Shown one piece after another: positions 61,867 to 64,000 of a stretch of 64,000 nucleotides of DNA. This stretch comes from Patescibacteria group bacterium. GTDB lineage: Bacteria > Patescibacteriota > Patescibacteriia > UBA9934 > GWF2-40-263. Position 1 is the stretch's first letter. The number at the start of each line of letters is the position of its first letter. The stretch lies in the NCBI GenBank assembly GCA_041661745.1, contig JBAZTR010000005.1:3283-67282 (forward strand), given 5' to 3'. The translations under genes were made by a program, and so were the position numbers. Below the pieces are notes generated by a model. That model made no database searches. It was given only the letters and a program-made list of their open reading frames with translations, and was not told the origin of the DNA.

Positions 61867-62373
61867 TTATAATTCTTGCTCAAAGCTAGAAACCGTGAAC
61901 CAAAACTCATCTTGTTGTTTCCCGTTGTACCATTGATCTTCTTTTTGCTCCAAAATTCCTTCAAGAGAATATCCATTTCCCGGAACAAGGCCAGAGGTGC
62001 ATTCGCTTGTTTCGTAATCAACACTGAAACCGTCGATTTCTTTAATATAAATTTCCTTCGCGTTACAAACATATCCCTTTAACCAAATCACTGTTCCGTC
62101 ATCCGTGAGAACCGAAAGATTTACGCTTCCACTATTGCAAGTGATACGGTCCTCGACCTTTGCGTTTTCAGCAAATTCACAGGCCATCTCTGTCCCGGCA
62201 AATCTTCCTGATCCAATCGTGCCGAAAATAGTTGTTGTATCCAAACCCGGTTCGTTTGGTCCAGACACGTCAGAGATTGATGGAAAATCCGTCCCTGTTG
62301 TTTGATCAACAGTCGTGCATCCTGCTCCCAAAAGAAAGAGAATAGAGACGAGGCAGTAAAATGAGTATTTCAT
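61867..62373 (-). CDS. Hypothetical lipoprotein
   Basis: LLGAGC lipobox. Confidence 0.7.
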   Translation of the reverse strand: MKYSFYCLVSILFLLGAGCTTVDQTTGTDFPSISDVSGPNEPGLDTTTIFGTIGSGRFAGTEMACEFAENAKVEDRITCNSGSVNLSVLTDDGTVIWLKGYVCNAKEIYIKEIDGFSVDYETSECTSGLVPGNGYSLEGILEQKEDQWYNGKQQDEFWFTVSSFEQEL

Positions 62374-62418
62374 ATTTTTTAAAAGAATTTTAGAACTAAT
62401 TTTCACTACACGCCCCAT

Positions 62419-62829
62419 TTATCGACACTGCCCCGTGGTTTTATCGTAAGTCTTTTCCAAAGGACAAATACAGGCTATGCCGGAAATTTCTCCATCACTT
62501 TCTTCACAAAGTTTTACGATAATTTGATTCCAATAAGAATATTCTCCCCATGGCAAACCAATCGAAGCATTGAAAGCATCACCAGCCGGACCGCCGACAT
62601 CTGACTGGCAAAAACCAGTTTCCTTGTCGTACATTTCGTCCTGTGTCTGAAACGAGGCGATTGGACACACACATTCGCCATTAGTGAAGGCTCCGCCGCT
62701 CAATTCGCAATTATAACTAATTGGACCAGTAAGCTGAGTTTGTTCTTCCTGCTGAGTAGTCGGCCCGAAAAAGAAAAGAGCTCCGACCCCGATTATTACT
62801 CCGATTATGATAAAGATAATATTTTTCAT
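62419..62829 (-). CDS. Hypothetical Cys-rich secreted protein
   Basis: Signal/TM; two CE.S.G.....C.CP....YDK.TG.C repeats. Confidence 0.72.
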   Translation of the reverse strand: MKNIIFIIIGVIIGVGALFFFGPTTQQEEQTQLTGPISYNCELSGGAFTNGECVCPIASFQTQDEMYDKETGFCQSDVGGPAGDAFNASIGLPWGEYSYWNQIIVKLCEESDGEISGIACICPLEKTYDKTTGQCR

Positions 62830-62853
62830 ACTTTAAGGTTGTATCATAGCTTC

Positions 62854-62885
62854 AAAAAAATCGCCAGATAATCTGGTGATTTTTT
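62854..62885. terminator. Hairpin with A/T tails
   Basis: aaaaaaATCGCCAGA-taa-TCTGGTGATtttttt. Confidence 0.6.
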
Positions 62886-63005
62886 GGCAGGGGTTCGTTA
62901 TGGATGTTAGAACACTTATAGTTAATAAAGGTACACATGCTATAACAATCTAAGACTAGACTTTGAGACTATATCGAGAGGTGGTAATATTTTTGTAGTT
63001 TCAAT

Positions 63006-63926
63006 ATGAAAGATGAAAATAAGCCAAAAAAACAGCATTGGGTTCCCCAGAGCTATTTGCGATACTTCCGAGATCCTGCCACGACTATTGAAAAGCCATT
63101 TGTTTGGCTTTTCAAGAAGGACAGGGCTTTTCGTTCCCCAAATTTGGTTCCGACCAGAACCATCTTTTACGAGGAACACTTGTACACCTTGGAAACTCCG
63201 AACGGTGACAAACATTATGAAGTTGAGGAGGCCTACGCAAAAAGCATTGACGCGAAGTATCCTCCCGTCATCCAAAAAATTGAAAGTCGAGAGCCGCTAA
63301 ATGAAGAGGAACATAAGCTTCTTTGTACCTTTGTCGCCGCGCAATTGCTGCGCACCCCGCACGTCCGAGATTCATTTATTCAATTTACGAATCAGGTTGC
63401 CGCTATGGGTAGGCAGATGGCCGCCACACACGATACTGAGTCGAAGTTGGCTGATAAAACGCGAAATTGGCACACGATTAGCATTATTAAGCTAATTCCA
63501 GAGATCGCAAAAGTGTTATACCAAATGAATGTTGCCTTCGGATGTGCTCCCTTTACTGGGAAACGCTTCATTACCACAGACAACCCAGTATTCATGCGCA
63601 ACCCAGATCTTCAATGGCAACGATTCTATGGACCCGGTCTTGGCCAGAAACATATTGAGGTATATTTTGCTGCATCGCCTTCAACTCTCGTGACATTCAC
63701 TTGGCAAAACTACAGAGGGTATGTTCGTCTCAACAATGGTTGGGTTAGCGAAATGAATCGATGGATACAGGGTCACGCCGTAGATTGGTTTGTGTCTGCT
63801 TCAAAAAAGCCAGAGCTTTATTGGTTCAGTAAGTATCCAGCAGACCCATTCTTTTTGTTCAAGATCATCAGGTTCCGCCTCGCTTTGTTGCGGAACTGGA
63901 TTAAACAACGATATGAGAAAAGATAG
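63006..63926 (+). CDS. DUF4238 domain protein
   Basis: KKQHWVPQSYLRYF, LLRTP, FITTDNPV. Confidence 0.82.
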   Translation: MKDENKPKKQHWVPQSYLRYFRDPATTIEKPFVWLFKKDRAFRSPNLVPTRTIFYEEHLYTLETPNGDKHYEVEEAYAKSIDAKYPPVIQKIESREPLNEEEHKLLCTFVAAQLLRTPHVRDSFIQFTNQVAAMGRQMAATHDTESKLADKTRNWHTISIIKLIPEIAKVLYQMNVAFGCAPFTGKRFITTDNPVFMRNPDLQWQRFYGPGLGQKHIEVYFAASPSTLVTFTWQNYRGYVRLNNGWVSEMNRWIQGHAVDWFVSASKKPELYWFSKYPADPFFLFKIIRFRLALLRNWIKQRYEKR

Positions 63927-64000
63927 CCGCAAATTAAAGAAAGCTCACGATGCTTTTAATAAAGGCGGAATAGAAAAGGCTCGAAAGATGCTTCTAGAAT

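Overview
This window looks like chromosome from a small-genome bacterium, most likely Patescibacteria/CPR (Parcubacteria-like). That placement is inferred from the gene repertoire, the leaderless-type promoters and the repeat types. Most genes lie on the minus strand and are housekeeping: lgt, gatCA, ligA, pilM and a pilin, hrcA-grpE-dnaK-dnaJ with a CIRCE operator, glmS, a PBP, rarA, truD, nrdJ+cobO, hflX, rlmN, proS and tRNA-Pro(CGG). Four unusual layers sit on top of this. (1) A non-canonical 77-nt tRNA-like RNA (Ala-type acceptor stem, UGG loop) is apparently co-transcribed with a 5' leader that is perfectly antisense to its anticodon arm, in permuted order. (2) At least six dispersed, strongly GC3-biased orphan genes each carry their own sigma70 promoter, a shared YGTTC(C)TT boxA-like leader motif, an SD-like site and a downstream hairpin, unlike the AT-richer, often leaderless host genes. 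(3) Small nuclease genes (two DUF559, one GxxExxY) are bracketed by their own repeat families, and solo or empty repeats occur elsewhere, some in frame inside proteins. (4) A CCA-ending cloverleaf built from a duplicated tRNA-Pro 5' end precedes tRNA-Pro. No rRNA, CRISPR array or transposase was seen. All structures were paired by eye, not computed.
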